Positions 1 through 7,963 of a stretch of 46,440 bases of DNA are shown piece by piece (position 1 is the stretch's first letter; each line of letters starts with the position of its first letter). Origin of the DNA: Patescibacteria group bacterium (lineage in GTDB: Bacteria > Patescibacteriota > Microgenomatia > UBA1400 > PJMF01); assembly GCA_018816385.1 (NCBI GenBank), contig JAHIVK010000041.1, positions 1-46,440 on the forward strand, read 5' to 3'. Below the pieces are notes generated by a model. The model was not told the origin of the DNA and ran no database searches. It worked only from the letters and a program-made list of their open reading frames with translations. The position numbers and the translations under genes were made by a program.

Positions 1-105
1 GCTACTTATGGCATCTTTTATGCATTTTCTTTGCTGGTTCTTCCTCAACCAGCATTGGCTACTATCGTCATCAGAATCAACGAAAATGCTATAAAATCTA
101 TCCAT
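1..105 (-). CDS. Partial small ORF opened by the leader cassette (MDRFYSIFVDSDDDSSQCWLRKNQQRKCIKDAISS..., runs off the window); belongs to a repeat-borne short-ORF family
   Basis: ATG at 103-105 (minus) is directly preceded by the cassette and the frame is open to the window edge. A related 41-codon ORF at 7575-7700 (minus) shares DDDSSQxWLRK and KDAxS. Confidence 0.3.
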   Translation of the reverse strand, partial: MDRFYSIFVDSDDDSSQCWLRKNQQRKCIKDAISS

Positions 106-138
106 AATTAACTCATTTCTTATTTCGCGACAAGTCTA
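1..138. repeat. Left arm of a perfect 138-bp inverted repeat; the partner is 46301-46438 at the opposite window edge
   Basis: The reverse complement of 46301-46438 reads identically to 1-138 (compared base by base). Identity stops at 139 / 46300. The arm contains the conserved leader cassette at 103-138 in minus orientation. Confidence 0.9.
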
Positions 139-140
139 GT

Positions 141-214
141 GGATTCCCCCCGCCAGGGCGGGGGGAATGACAAACAGGAATTGGATTCACCCTGCCAAGG
201 GCGGGGGGAATGAC
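141..214. repeat. Two GC-rich palindromic hairpin (REP-like) units
   Basis: 141-171 is GGATTCCCCCCGCC-AG-GGCGGGGGGAATGAC (12-bp stem, 2-nt loop). 183-214 is a second, degenerate unit. The same family recurs at six other intergenic loci. Confidence 0.85.
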
Positions 215-243
215 GACTAACACGTTTTTTTTTTGCAGAAAGT

Positions 244-1479
244 CTATTGATGAGGGCCATCAAAAGCATGTCTTTCGGTCATTAATGTTGACAGTAAAAC
301 TGCCAAACTGCCAACCAAAAAGACACTTGTCCAGCCTTTGCCAATCAGAAAGATAACACCCACCACACTCCACATGAGGGTGCCAGCTATAGCTGCAATT
401 ATTTCACTATAAACAAAGTAAGAAAAAGCCTGACTGCCCTTGCCCCGACGCATCATTTGCATTTCAAAAAATAACCAATGGAAATTACCAACTAAAGTGT
501 TGGTGGCATCAATAAAGGCAATCGACCAAGGACTAATAATTTGGGTTCTGAACAACCATAAAACAGACATAATTCCGCCAGAAGTTTTAAAGAGTTTGTG
601 TGAACGAATTTTGTCAATCATGCTGGCCAAGAAAAAAGTAACTAAGAAAGCCATAAATAAGGCTATTGAATACAGATAACCCACTTTATCGACTGACCCC
701 AGGATAAAGAAGACATAGAGTGGCCAAATATAAATAATTGAATCATTGATGTATCTCCCACCCAAAGCCATGGCCAACCGACTATAGCGAGGCTCTCTCA
801 TCCAACTCAAAAATTCTCGCCAACTGATTTGATCTTTCTCAATAGTTGATTCGGTCATCATCGACAAAATCAAACTGACCATAGTGCCGGCAATCCCAAA
901 CAAGAAGAGGACAGACAAACCCAACTGAACCGAGATAAAACCAGCCACTGCTGGAGATAACATAGCTACAATTTGCAACATTAACTGCAAAACACCCAAA
1001 TCAGCTCCCATTTTTGACTTGATGGCATATCGCGAAAGCAGGGTGTAGTAGGTTGGCCAAAAAAGACCTGAGTGAATGGCTTCGAGAAATATGACCAGCC
1101 AAATTAAGTCAGGATATTGACCAGTATAGTAGATGACAACTAGAGAAATAATTCGCATCAAATAACTGGCAGTCATAGTGCGTTGATAACCAAATTTGAC
1201 AAAAAATCGATTGGTGGGAATGAACGTGATTAAGTTGATGATTTTCATCACTAAATAAAATATGACAACCATCAGCATGCCTTTCTGAATATCTGTTAGA
1301 GGTAAATCAGCTAAGACGCTGTTTTTGCCCAGTTCAAATAAATAAATTGGGAAAAAGAAAAAACTCAGTTTGTTAACTAAATCTCGAAAAACCCGATTTA
1401 AGTAAAGTAGTTTTAAATTGCGATTTGAATCGACCCGAATGTTGGACAAATGCAGTAAGTGATCAAGTATTTTGGGCAT
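244..1479 (-). CDS. Polytopic membrane protein, MFS-type transporter-like
   Basis: 411 aa, almost entirely hydrophobic helices (about 10-12 predicted by eye). The ATG is supplied by a leader cassette identical to the one at 103-138. The stop TAG lies in a partial cassette (AGTCTA, 241-246). Confidence 0.5.
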   Translation of the reverse strand: MPKILDHLLHLSNIRVDSNRNLKLLYLNRVFRDLVNKLSFFFFPIYLFELGKNSVLADLPLTDIQKGMLMVVIFYLVMKIINLITFIPTNRFFVKFGYQRTMTASYLMRIISLVVIYYTGQYPDLIWLVIFLEAIHSGLFWPTYYTLLSRYAIKSKMGADLGVLQLMLQIVAMLSPAVAGFISVQLGLSVLFLFGIAGTMVSLILSMMTESTIEKDQISWREFLSWMREPRYSRLAMALGGRYINDSIIYIWPLYVFFILGSVDKVGYLYSIALFMAFLVTFFLASMIDKIRSHKLFKTSGGIMSVLWLFRTQIISPWSIAFIDATNTLVGNFHWLFFEMQMMRRGKGSQAFSYFVYSEIIAAIAGTLMWSVVGVIFLIGKGWTSVFLVGSLAVLLSTLMTERHAFDGPHQ

Positions 1480-1512
1480 AATTAACTCATTTCTTATTTC
1501 GCGACAAGTCTA
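1477..1512 (-). promoter_or_regulatory. Conserved 36-nt leader cassette (TAGACTTGTCGCGAAATAAGAAATGAGTTAATT-ATG) fused to the start codon of 244-1479
   Basis: 36/36 identical to 103-138 and to 46301-46336. A partial tandem copy, TTATTTCGCAGAAAATCTA, follows at 1513-1531. Confidence 0.6.
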
Positions 1513-1536
1513 TTATTTCGCAGAAAATCTATTTAT

Positions 1537-2094
1537 TTATGTTGATTGAATTAAAACTGTCTTTAATTCTTTTACTACTCGCTGTTTAACTGACTCAATA
1601 ATCTCTTTTTCTGGTGGAGAAAAATTCACAAGTACATAATCACTGCCTGACTCTTGTCTTAAACCTTGGCGACCGTCAACTCCCACCCGAACATGCCAAA
1701 ACTGCTTACCCAATTGTTCATACAGCGAAGCTAAACCATTGTGTTGTTGAGGGCCGTGTCCCAGCTCAATCTTGAATTGACCCAGCTCAATGTCCAAGTC
1801 ATCATGAACCACATACCAATCGGATAAAGTTACTTGAGGGTATTTTTTCTTGAGGATTGGCACTACCAAACCCGATTGATTCATAAAAGTTTGTGGCTTA
1901 ACCATGACAATTTTTTCCTGAGCACCATCCGGCAAAACCATGTCTACTTGGGTGAAAATCAGCTTATCTTGCAAATGCCACTTGGCATCATCAGCCACCA
2001 GCTCATCAACAACTTGAAAGCCAACGTTGTGTCTGGTGAATTGGTATTTTGGACCTGGGTTACCTAAGCTAATCACAATTTTCATATCCCCCAT
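1537..2094 (-). CDS. pth: Peptidyl-tRNA hydrolase
   Basis: N-terminal ISLGNPGPKYQFTRHNVGF matches the Pth signature GLGNPGxxYxxTRHNxGF. The 185-aa length is typical. Confidence 0.9.
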   Translation of the reverse strand: MGDMKIVISLGNPGPKYQFTRHNVGFQVVDELVADDAKWHLQDKLIFTQVDMVLPDGAQEKIVMVKPQTFMNQSGLVVPILKKKYPQVTLSDWYVVHDDLDIELGQFKIELGHGPQQHNGLASLYEQLGKQFWHVRVGVDGRQGLRQESGSDYVLVNFSPPEKEIIESVKQRVVKELKTVLIQST

Positions 2095-2124
2095 TCTACC
2101 TTATGATTAACTCCAAAAGTGTCT

Positions 2125-2190
2125 GTCATTCTCGCAACGTGTTTCGTCATTCTCGCGCCACTGTTTGTCATTCTCGCGCCAGCGGAGATT
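2125..2190. repeat. Three tandem ~21-bp half-units of the GC-rich repeat family (GTCATTCTCGC at 2125, 2146 and 2167)
   Basis: Direct reading. The last unit ends GTCATTCTCGCGCCAGCGGAGATT and resembles the units at 7820-7880. Confidence 0.8.
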
Positions 2191-2241
2191 GAAAAACAAG
2201 ATATAATATATTTGTTCTCAACTTTATAAGCGCCAAAATAT

Positions 2242-3105
2242 ATGCCAAAACTACCTTTCTTTTCAATTGTGATTCCTACCCTGAATGAGGAGAAGTACCT
2301 GCCTTACTTACTCAAAGATCTGTCTGAACAAACTTTTGACTTATCTCTAGTTGAAGTGATTCATGTGGACGGCAGTAGTCCGGACAAAACAGTCCAAGTG
2401 GCCAAAAAGTTTGCCAACAAACTTAAACTGACCAGTATAGTTGTCAAAAAAAGAAATGTGGCTTTTCAACGCAACACTGGGGCCAGTCGGGCCAAAGGCA
2501 AGTGGATCATTTTTATGGATGCAGACAATCGCCTACCTAATGATTTTTTGGATGGCATTAAGTATCAACTGGCCAAAAACCCCCAATGTTCTGTCTTTAC
2601 ATCTTTGATCAAAGTGGAAAGCCTTAACCAAGCGGATCGAACAATTGAAACTGCCATTAATCTTGGATTAATGCTCCTTAACCAATCTAAGTTAAAAAGC
2701 GCCTTAGGAGCTTTAATAGGGGCTAATCAAAAAGTTTGCAGTCAAACCAAGTTTGACACCACTCAAAAAATTTATGAGGATTCGTTTTTCGTTCAATCAG
2801 CTATTAATAAAGGCTTTGAGTTTAAAACTTTTAAAGAACCTCGCTATTTCTTTTCTCTGCGCAGATTAAAAAAAGAAGGTGTCTTGAAAATGGCCAGAAC
2901 CGTAGCCAGTTTACAACTTCGATATTTAACTGGCCAAAAAGACTTTTCTAAATCAGATGCTGGTTATGTGATGGATGGTGGCGGGTACTACCAAACCAAA
3001 TCTCACCATGATGTTTTTTACAATCTAGAAAAATATATTAAGTTGGCATCCAAACGCCAACTCCAAAAGGCCAAAAAACTCCTCGAGACTTTGTTGCTTG
3101 ATTGA
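2242..3105 (+). CDS. Family 2 glycosyltransferase
   Basis: FSIVIPTLNEEKYLPYLLKDL is a GT2 N-terminal Rossmann motif, and FMDADN is the DxD motif. Confidence 0.85.
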   Translation: MPKLPFFSIVIPTLNEEKYLPYLLKDLSEQTFDLSLVEVIHVDGSSPDKTVQVAKKFANKLKLTSIVVKKRNVAFQRNTGASRAKGKWIIFMDADNRLPNDFLDGIKYQLAKNPQCSVFTSLIKVESLNQADRTIETAINLGLMLLNQSKLKSALGALIGANQKVCSQTKFDTTQKIYEDSFFVQSAINKGFEFKTFKEPRYFFSLRRLKKEGVLKMARTVASLQLRYLTGQKDFSKSDAGYVMDGGGYYQTKSHHDVFYNLEKYIKLASKRQLQKAKKLLETLLLD

Positions 3106-3117
3106 GAATTGCTACAT

Positions 3118-3186
3118 TAGACTTTCTGCGAAATAAAAAACGAGTTAATTATGTTAAGATTTTACTTCATTTCGCAGAAAGTCTAT
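3118..3186. repeat. Orphan leader cassette (3118-3153, plus) paired with an inverted partial copy (3170-3186), between convergent genes
   Basis: TAGACTTTCTGCGAAAT (3118-3134) is the exact reverse complement of ATTTCGCAGAAAGTCTA (3170-3186), giving a 17-bp perfect inverted repeat with a 35-nt spacer. The cassette ATG (3151) opens only an 18-codon ORF. Confidence 0.8.
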
Positions 3187-5013
3187 TTATTGCTTAGTTT
3201 GAGATAATCCCGCTAACTCACTTTGACTGGTGGCTTGTGGCCAAGTTTTATCGGGACGAATTTTGATTAACCGAGGAAAGCGCAAGGCTACTCCCGCCTC
3301 ATGAACCGAAGACTGAGTAATTTCATCGGCGGCAATTTCCAAAACTACAACTGGCTCCAACCAAGCGTCTGGCGTTAAAGTTTTGTGAACAGGCTGATAC
3401 TGCTTAGGTTGAGTTGAGGCTTGATGTATGTCAGCCAATTTTTTAAGTTGAGTCAATTGTTCTTCTGACATACCGGTACCAATCTTGGCAATAGTTTCAA
3501 TTTGACCTTGATCGTTGATAATGCCTGTCAAGATAGCCCCCAAACCAAACTGGGCTCTTTTTCCCCGACCCTTGTAGTAACCCATCATGACTAAGTCCAA
3601 AGTATCGGTTAATTTACCAGTCGTACCTTCGGCTTCTTTAATTTTGACCCACCGCCAACCCTTGCGACCACCAGCATATTGACTCTTTGGCTGTTTGATA
3701 ACTACTCCTTCTAAACCATCTGTTAACATTTGCTGATGATAGTTTTTCAACTTTTTGGCATCATCAAAAGTTTCAAATTTAACTTCGGTTAAAATGCCAG
3801 ATTCATCAGATTTAAGCAGATTGGATAAAATCTGTTTACGTTCCTCTAAAGACCGATCAATCAATGGCTGACCATCAAGTTCCATAATGTCAAACACAAA
3901 AAATTGCAGAGGTACGGCTTTGGCTGTGACCTCAATTTGATGTTTTCTTTTGCGAGTAATGGTTTCTTGAAAAGACTTGAAGTGGCCAGTGGCAGGATCA
4001 AATCCAATGGCTTCCCCGTCCAAAATACATGACTTGCAATCCAATTTTTCTACTAAAGTAAAGAGTTCTGGAAACATAGGGGAAATATTCTCTAAACTCC
4101 GGGTAAAAACCATAACTGGTTTCTGCTTATTTTCTGTGGACTTTAAAATGTGGATCTGGACTCTCATACCATCGTACTTGGGTTCGGCGATGACTTGGCC
4201 CATTTTGTCAATAATTTCTGTGGCTGTATTTAACCTTTGACACAAAGCTGGCACGACTGGTACTCCGACTTGAACAGAATACGATTTCAAGTTCGATCTT
4301 CTTTGGGCCACAGATAAAGAAGTCAACTTGAGATAGGACTCTGCCAGTTGACCTACATCTGCCCGCTTTTGATAAGCTTCCTCCAACAAGGGGGTTTCCA
4401 ATTTACTGCCACACACCGCCCAAGACAGAGCATCCAACATAGTCATGGTGGAAAAACCTAGTCTCATCTTACCCAAAATAATCCGAACAATAAATTTGGC
4501 CGAAATGGCGTCTAGTTGTTTAAGTAGCTCAACCAAACCGATGACTTTTTTTTCTTGAGAACCCGAGCCTGAAGCCTGGGCAATCTGGGTCAAACTGCCA
4601 AACACATCATGCAAAGACAGTGGTTTTGAGTGGGTAGCCCGGTGACTTAAGCCATAATTCTCAAACACCTTGACTGCAGTTTGACCCAGGTCACCGACTT
4701 GTTTATAAAGCTTGGTAATTTTGTCTCGACTGCTTGAGTCGTCTTCTTCTCCAAATAAATTAGTTTGAACTTGATCCTGATCAGCTTGAGTTGAAACTAA
4801 GCGAGTCAAAGCTCGGATGATCATTTTTTCTGATAACTGAAACTCTAAAGATAAGTATTGAGGCACTAATCGACCTTGAAGCAAGTAGCAAGCGGGTACA
4901 ATTTCTGCCTGATCTAAGTCAAGAAAAAATTTTGCTAGAACGGCCGTCATGTCCAGACGGGAACTGAGGCTTTCCAGCTGTTCTAAGTGTTGGGCAAAGT
5001 GACTAAACTGCAT
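3187..5013 (-). CDS. ATP-dependent DNA ligase (three-domain Lig1/archaeal-like architecture)
   Basis: Adenylation motif I is EPKYDGMRVQIH (KxDG). EGVVIK and GWRWVKIK match nucleotidyltransferase motifs IV and V. A long N-terminal region at a total of 608 aa is consistent with a DNA-binding domain. Confidence 0.88.
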   Translation of the reverse strand: MQFSHFAQHLEQLESLSSRLDMTAVLAKFFLDLDQAEIVPACYLLQGRLVPQYLSLEFQLSEKMIIRALTRLVSTQADQDQVQTNLFGEEDDSSSRDKITKLYKQVGDLGQTAVKVFENYGLSHRATHSKPLSLHDVFGSLTQIAQASGSGSQEKKVIGLVELLKQLDAISAKFIVRIILGKMRLGFSTMTMLDALSWAVCGSKLETPLLEEAYQKRADVGQLAESYLKLTSLSVAQRRSNLKSYSVQVGVPVVPALCQRLNTATEIIDKMGQVIAEPKYDGMRVQIHILKSTENKQKPVMVFTRSLENISPMFPELFTLVEKLDCKSCILDGEAIGFDPATGHFKSFQETITRKRKHQIEVTAKAVPLQFFVFDIMELDGQPLIDRSLEERKQILSNLLKSDESGILTEVKFETFDDAKKLKNYHQQMLTDGLEGVVIKQPKSQYAGGRKGWRWVKIKEAEGTTGKLTDTLDLVMMGYYKGRGKRAQFGLGAILTGIINDQGQIETIAKIGTGMSEEQLTQLKKLADIHQASTQPKQYQPVHKTLTPDAWLEPVVVLEIAADEITQSSVHEAGVALRFPRLIKIRPDKTWPQATSQSELAGLSQTKQ

Positions 5014-5148
5014 AGTGTTATCAGGTATTGTAACTTATTAGACTGCTGGCGAAATATGAGAAACGGTCACTGACAACATCTTTTAAGCAAAGTAGGTAAG
5101 CAAAGTACAACTTGACAAATTGTTATTTGTGTTTTATCCTGTACTTAA

Positions 5149-5703
5149 ATGTCTAGGATAAGAAAAACAAATCAGCAAAAAATCCTTTTAGAACAAGACG
5201 TGAGAATTTTTCGCACCTCTGATCTAGCAGTCTTGTGGGAAACCGAAAATAAAAACACTCTTTGGACCACCATCCGAAGATATATTCAAAGAAGGATTCT
5301 TTATAAAATACACAAAGGATTATATTCCACAATGCCTCTTGAAAAGCTCAATAAGTTCGAGCTTGGTTGTGCTATTTCTGGCCAACTTTCATATGTGAGT
5401 GCCGAAACAGTTTTGCAAAATTCTGGGATCATTATGCAAAATCTAACTCAAATAACCATTTTTGGAAAAAAGAAAAAGCAGTTTGAGATTAATGGCATCT
5501 CATATTTGTGTAGACATTTAAACAATAAATACCTGCTTAATAGAGAAGGTATCGAGGACGGTCAACAATTTTCTATGGCTATTCCAGAGAGAGCCATGGC
5601 AGACATGCTCTATATTAATTCACAATATTTTTTTGATAATGAGTTATCTATTAATAAAAATAAGTTAACAAGTATTACTAAAGAGGTGGGATACCAATGC
5701 TAA
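5149..5703 (+). CDS. AbiEi-like antitoxin / transcriptional regulator (type IV TA)
   Basis: The N-terminus, IFRTSDLAVLWETENKNTLWTTIRRYIQRRILYKIHKGLYS, fits the AbiEi wHTH pattern (...rLvk.G.l.ri.rGlY). It overlaps the AbiEii gene by 7 nt (ATGCTAA), suggesting translational coupling. Confidence 0.7.
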   Translation: MSRIRKTNQQKILLEQDVRIFRTSDLAVLWETENKNTLWTTIRRYIQRRILYKIHKGLYSTMPLEKLNKFELGCAISGQLSYVSAETVLQNSGIIMQNLTQITIFGKKKKQFEINGISYLCRHLNNKYLLNREGIEDGQQFSMAIPERAMADMLYINSQYFFDNELSINKNKLTSITKEVGYQC

Positions 5704-6416
5704 TACCTCAACTGATAGATATCAAACATAAAAACCAAATGTTTCGCCTCTTGCGAGAGATACTCAGAAATACTTTTCTGGCCAATCATTTGTTCTTCAA
5801 GGGTGGGACTTATGCTGCTCTGAGGGGAGTTTTGGATAGGTTTTCAATCGATCTTGATTTTGACCTACCAAACGTTGAATACAAAAACAAGGTGCGGGCT
5901 GAGTGTTACAAAATCTTCCAAAAACTTAACTTGGAAATAAAAGATGAGAGTAAAAATTACTTGCAGTTTTTTCTAAAATATGAATCAAAACCAAATGAAA
6001 GAAACACACTTAAGCTAGAGATTAACGACGAGGTGAATAAGGCGAATACATACGAAAAAGTGCATTTACTTGAGATCAATATGTTTTGTAATGCTCAAAC
6101 ATTAGGCACCATGTTTGCCAATAAATTGATTGCTGCCAAAGCTAGATTTGAAAAAAATGGCAAAATCGCCGGCAGAGATTTCTATGATATTCACCACTTC
6201 TTGCTAGAAAACATGCCTATTAATGAACAAGTAATTCAAGAAAAAACTGGTTTAAGCTTAAATCAATACATGAAAATGTTAAGCTTATTTATCAAAGAAA
6301 ACCTGACCCAAACTGCTTTAAATGAAGATCTTAATCCGTTAATGAAATCACCACAGCTCAGACATGTAGCCCAAAACCTAAAATTGGAACTGCTGGAGTT
6401 TTTGAAAGAATATTAA
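5697..6416 (+). CDS. AbiEii/AbiGii-family nucleotidyltransferase toxin
   Basis: FFKGGTYAALRGVLDRFSIDLDFD matches the AbiEii (DUF1814) NTase motif GGTaL...RfSxDlDf. The locus is visibly AT-rich. Confidence 0.8.
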   Translation: MLIPQLIDIKHKNQMFRLLREILRNTFLANHLFFKGGTYAALRGVLDRFSIDLDFDLPNVEYKNKVRAECYKIFQKLNLEIKDESKNYLQFFLKYESKPNERNTLKLEINDEVNKANTYEKVHLLEINMFCNAQTLGTMFANKLIAAKARFEKNGKIAGRDFYDIHHFLLENMPINEQVIQEKTGLSLNQYMKMLSLFIKENLTQTALNEDLNPLMKSPQLRHVAQNLKLELLEFLKEY

Positions 6417-6461
6417 TCCTCATGTAATAAACCCAGTTGATTTCCTGTAAAATAAGAAAGA

Positions 6462-7553
6462 CTACTCCACTAATCGATAACGCACACCCTTGGTGATACC
6501 GCGTTTTTCAATCACACCTTTGGCAATTAAGTCCTTAATATCCCTCAAAACTGTATCAACCGAAATATTTGGTAGCACGTTTTGAGCATCATCACTGGTT
6601 ACCTCATCTTGTTGTTGAAATAGCTCCAACAACACAATCTGCCGTTCAGAAAGAGCAATCTGCTTGCCCAACTGTTTTTTTAACTTTAAATCTTTAGAAA
6701 GTTTGCCAACCTGCCTCTGGATTTTATCAATTTCCAAAGCCACTCCATAACAAAAATACTCCAGCCAGAAGGTTAAATCAGCTTTGGGTGATTGTTGGAC
6801 AGATAGCAAGGAGTTGTAGTAGACCTCTACATCGCTATCAAAGTACTGTTCAAGCGAGAAGAAACGTTTAAAGTTATAGCCCAAAGAGTAAAGTAGCAAC
6901 GTAGCCATGCCCCTGGCAGTTCGGCCATTACCCTCGATAAATGGGTGAATATATGCCAACTGATAATGGATAATGCCAGCCCTAAAGATGGGATGGACCA
7001 ATTTGGCTTTTTGGGAATTACCCCAAGTAAATAGGTCTTCAATTAAGTAAGGCACTTCAACCGAAACTGGGGGTCTAAAGACCACTCCACCTTTTGCAGC
7101 ACTTTCTACAATCACCTGCTTATCCCGATATTGACCGGTCAGGCTATCATCAATCAAACCCTTAACCGTCAGTCGATGCAAAGTTTTGAGGGTACTTTCC
7201 GTAAAAACTTGAGCTGTTTTGATTTCCTGTTGAGCATCTATCCAAGCAATCACGTTTCGATAATTAATTACCTCCTGAATGTCTCGTTCCCTGGCCATAA
7301 TGCCAGTTTGCTTCATGACTTCTCTGGTATCAACCACGTTTTGCAGACGAACCACTTGCTGAGCCTGCTCTTGACTAAGTTCATTACCTTCAATCTTGGT
7401 ACCGAAATGAATGGCATTGGATAGAGCATCTTCTCTAAACTTGGCCTCGTAGGCTGGCACCAGAGGAGAAAGATCAATCACGGCTCTGGCCGCTTCAATA
7501 CTAGCAATGTAGGTTAATAGATTGTTGGAGATAGTAAAATTGGGTTGATACAT
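6462..7553 (-). CDS. Fic-family protein with a C-terminal winged-helix domain
   Basis: It carries the canonical Fic motif HPFIEGNGRTARGM (HPFxxGNGRxxR). The C-terminal ...VLRDIKDLIAKGVIEKRG looks like a wHTH. Confidence 0.9.
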   Translation of the reverse strand: MYQPNFTISNNLLTYIASIEAARAVIDLSPLVPAYEAKFREDALSNAIHFGTKIEGNELSQEQAQQVVRLQNVVDTREVMKQTGIMARERDIQEVINYRNVIAWIDAQQEIKTAQVFTESTLKTLHRLTVKGLIDDSLTGQYRDKQVIVESAAKGGVVFRPPVSVEVPYLIEDLFTWGNSQKAKLVHPIFRAGIIHYQLAYIHPFIEGNGRTARGMATLLLYSLGYNFKRFFSLEQYFDSDVEVYYNSLLSVQQSPKADLTFWLEYFCYGVALEIDKIQRQVGKLSKDLKLKKQLGKQIALSERQIVLLELFQQQDEVTSDDAQNVLPNISVDTVLRDIKDLIAKGVIEKRGITKGVRYRLVE

Positions 7554-7569
7554 ATCAGACTGGATTAAT

Positions 7570-7734
7570 TAGACTTATAGCGAAATAACTAAATAAATAC
7601 TTAATGCATCTTTTGACCATTTTCCCCTTTCTATCTTCCTCAGCCAGCTCTGGCTACTATCGTCATCTAAAAATGGTGAAAATGTATTAAAATCTATCAT
7701 TAATTTCTTTATTTCTTATTTCACTATAAGTCTA
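7570..7734. repeat. Composite repeat element: cassette (plus) + core + cassette (minus); a diverged internal copy of the window-edge repeat
   Basis: TAGACTTATAGCGAAATAA (7570-7588) and TTATTTCACTATAAGTCTA (7716-7734) form a 19-bp inverted repeat with 1 mismatch. The core aligns by eye to 1-102 over most of its length. It carries a 41-codon ORF at 7575-7700 (minus). Confidence 0.75.
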
Positions 7735-7775
7735 TTTTACCCCAATTACTGCAAGAAATGCAGGGAAAAGGGAAT

Positions 7776-7951
7776 GGATCCTCCTCTCTACGAGAGGAGG
7801 ATGACGGTCGTGGGCACTTGTCATCCTCGCGCCAGCAAGGGCAACCGTTCCCGTCATCCTCGCGCCAGCGGGGATCCAGAATCACGACTATGGTCACTGG
7901 ATTCCCCCCCGCCTGGGCGGGGGAGAATGACGGTCAAGGGAGGGGAATGAC
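7776..7951. repeat. Cluster of about six GC-rich palindromic hairpin units
   Basis: Examples: GGATCCTCCTCTC-TAC-GAGAGGAGGATGAC; GTCATCCTCGCGCCAGCGGGGATCC; GGATTCCCCCCCGCCTGGGCGGGGGAGAATGAC. These repeats explain the spurious ORF 7758-8114. Confidence 0.85.
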
Positions 7952-7963
7952 GGTTGGGGTTTA

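Noticed and set aside
2125-2190. Three evenly spaced ~21-bp direct repeats, considered as a mini CRISPR array
   Set aside because: The period is ~21 bp with essentially no unique spacers. The units belong to the dispersed GC-rich hairpin family, and there are no cas genes in the window.
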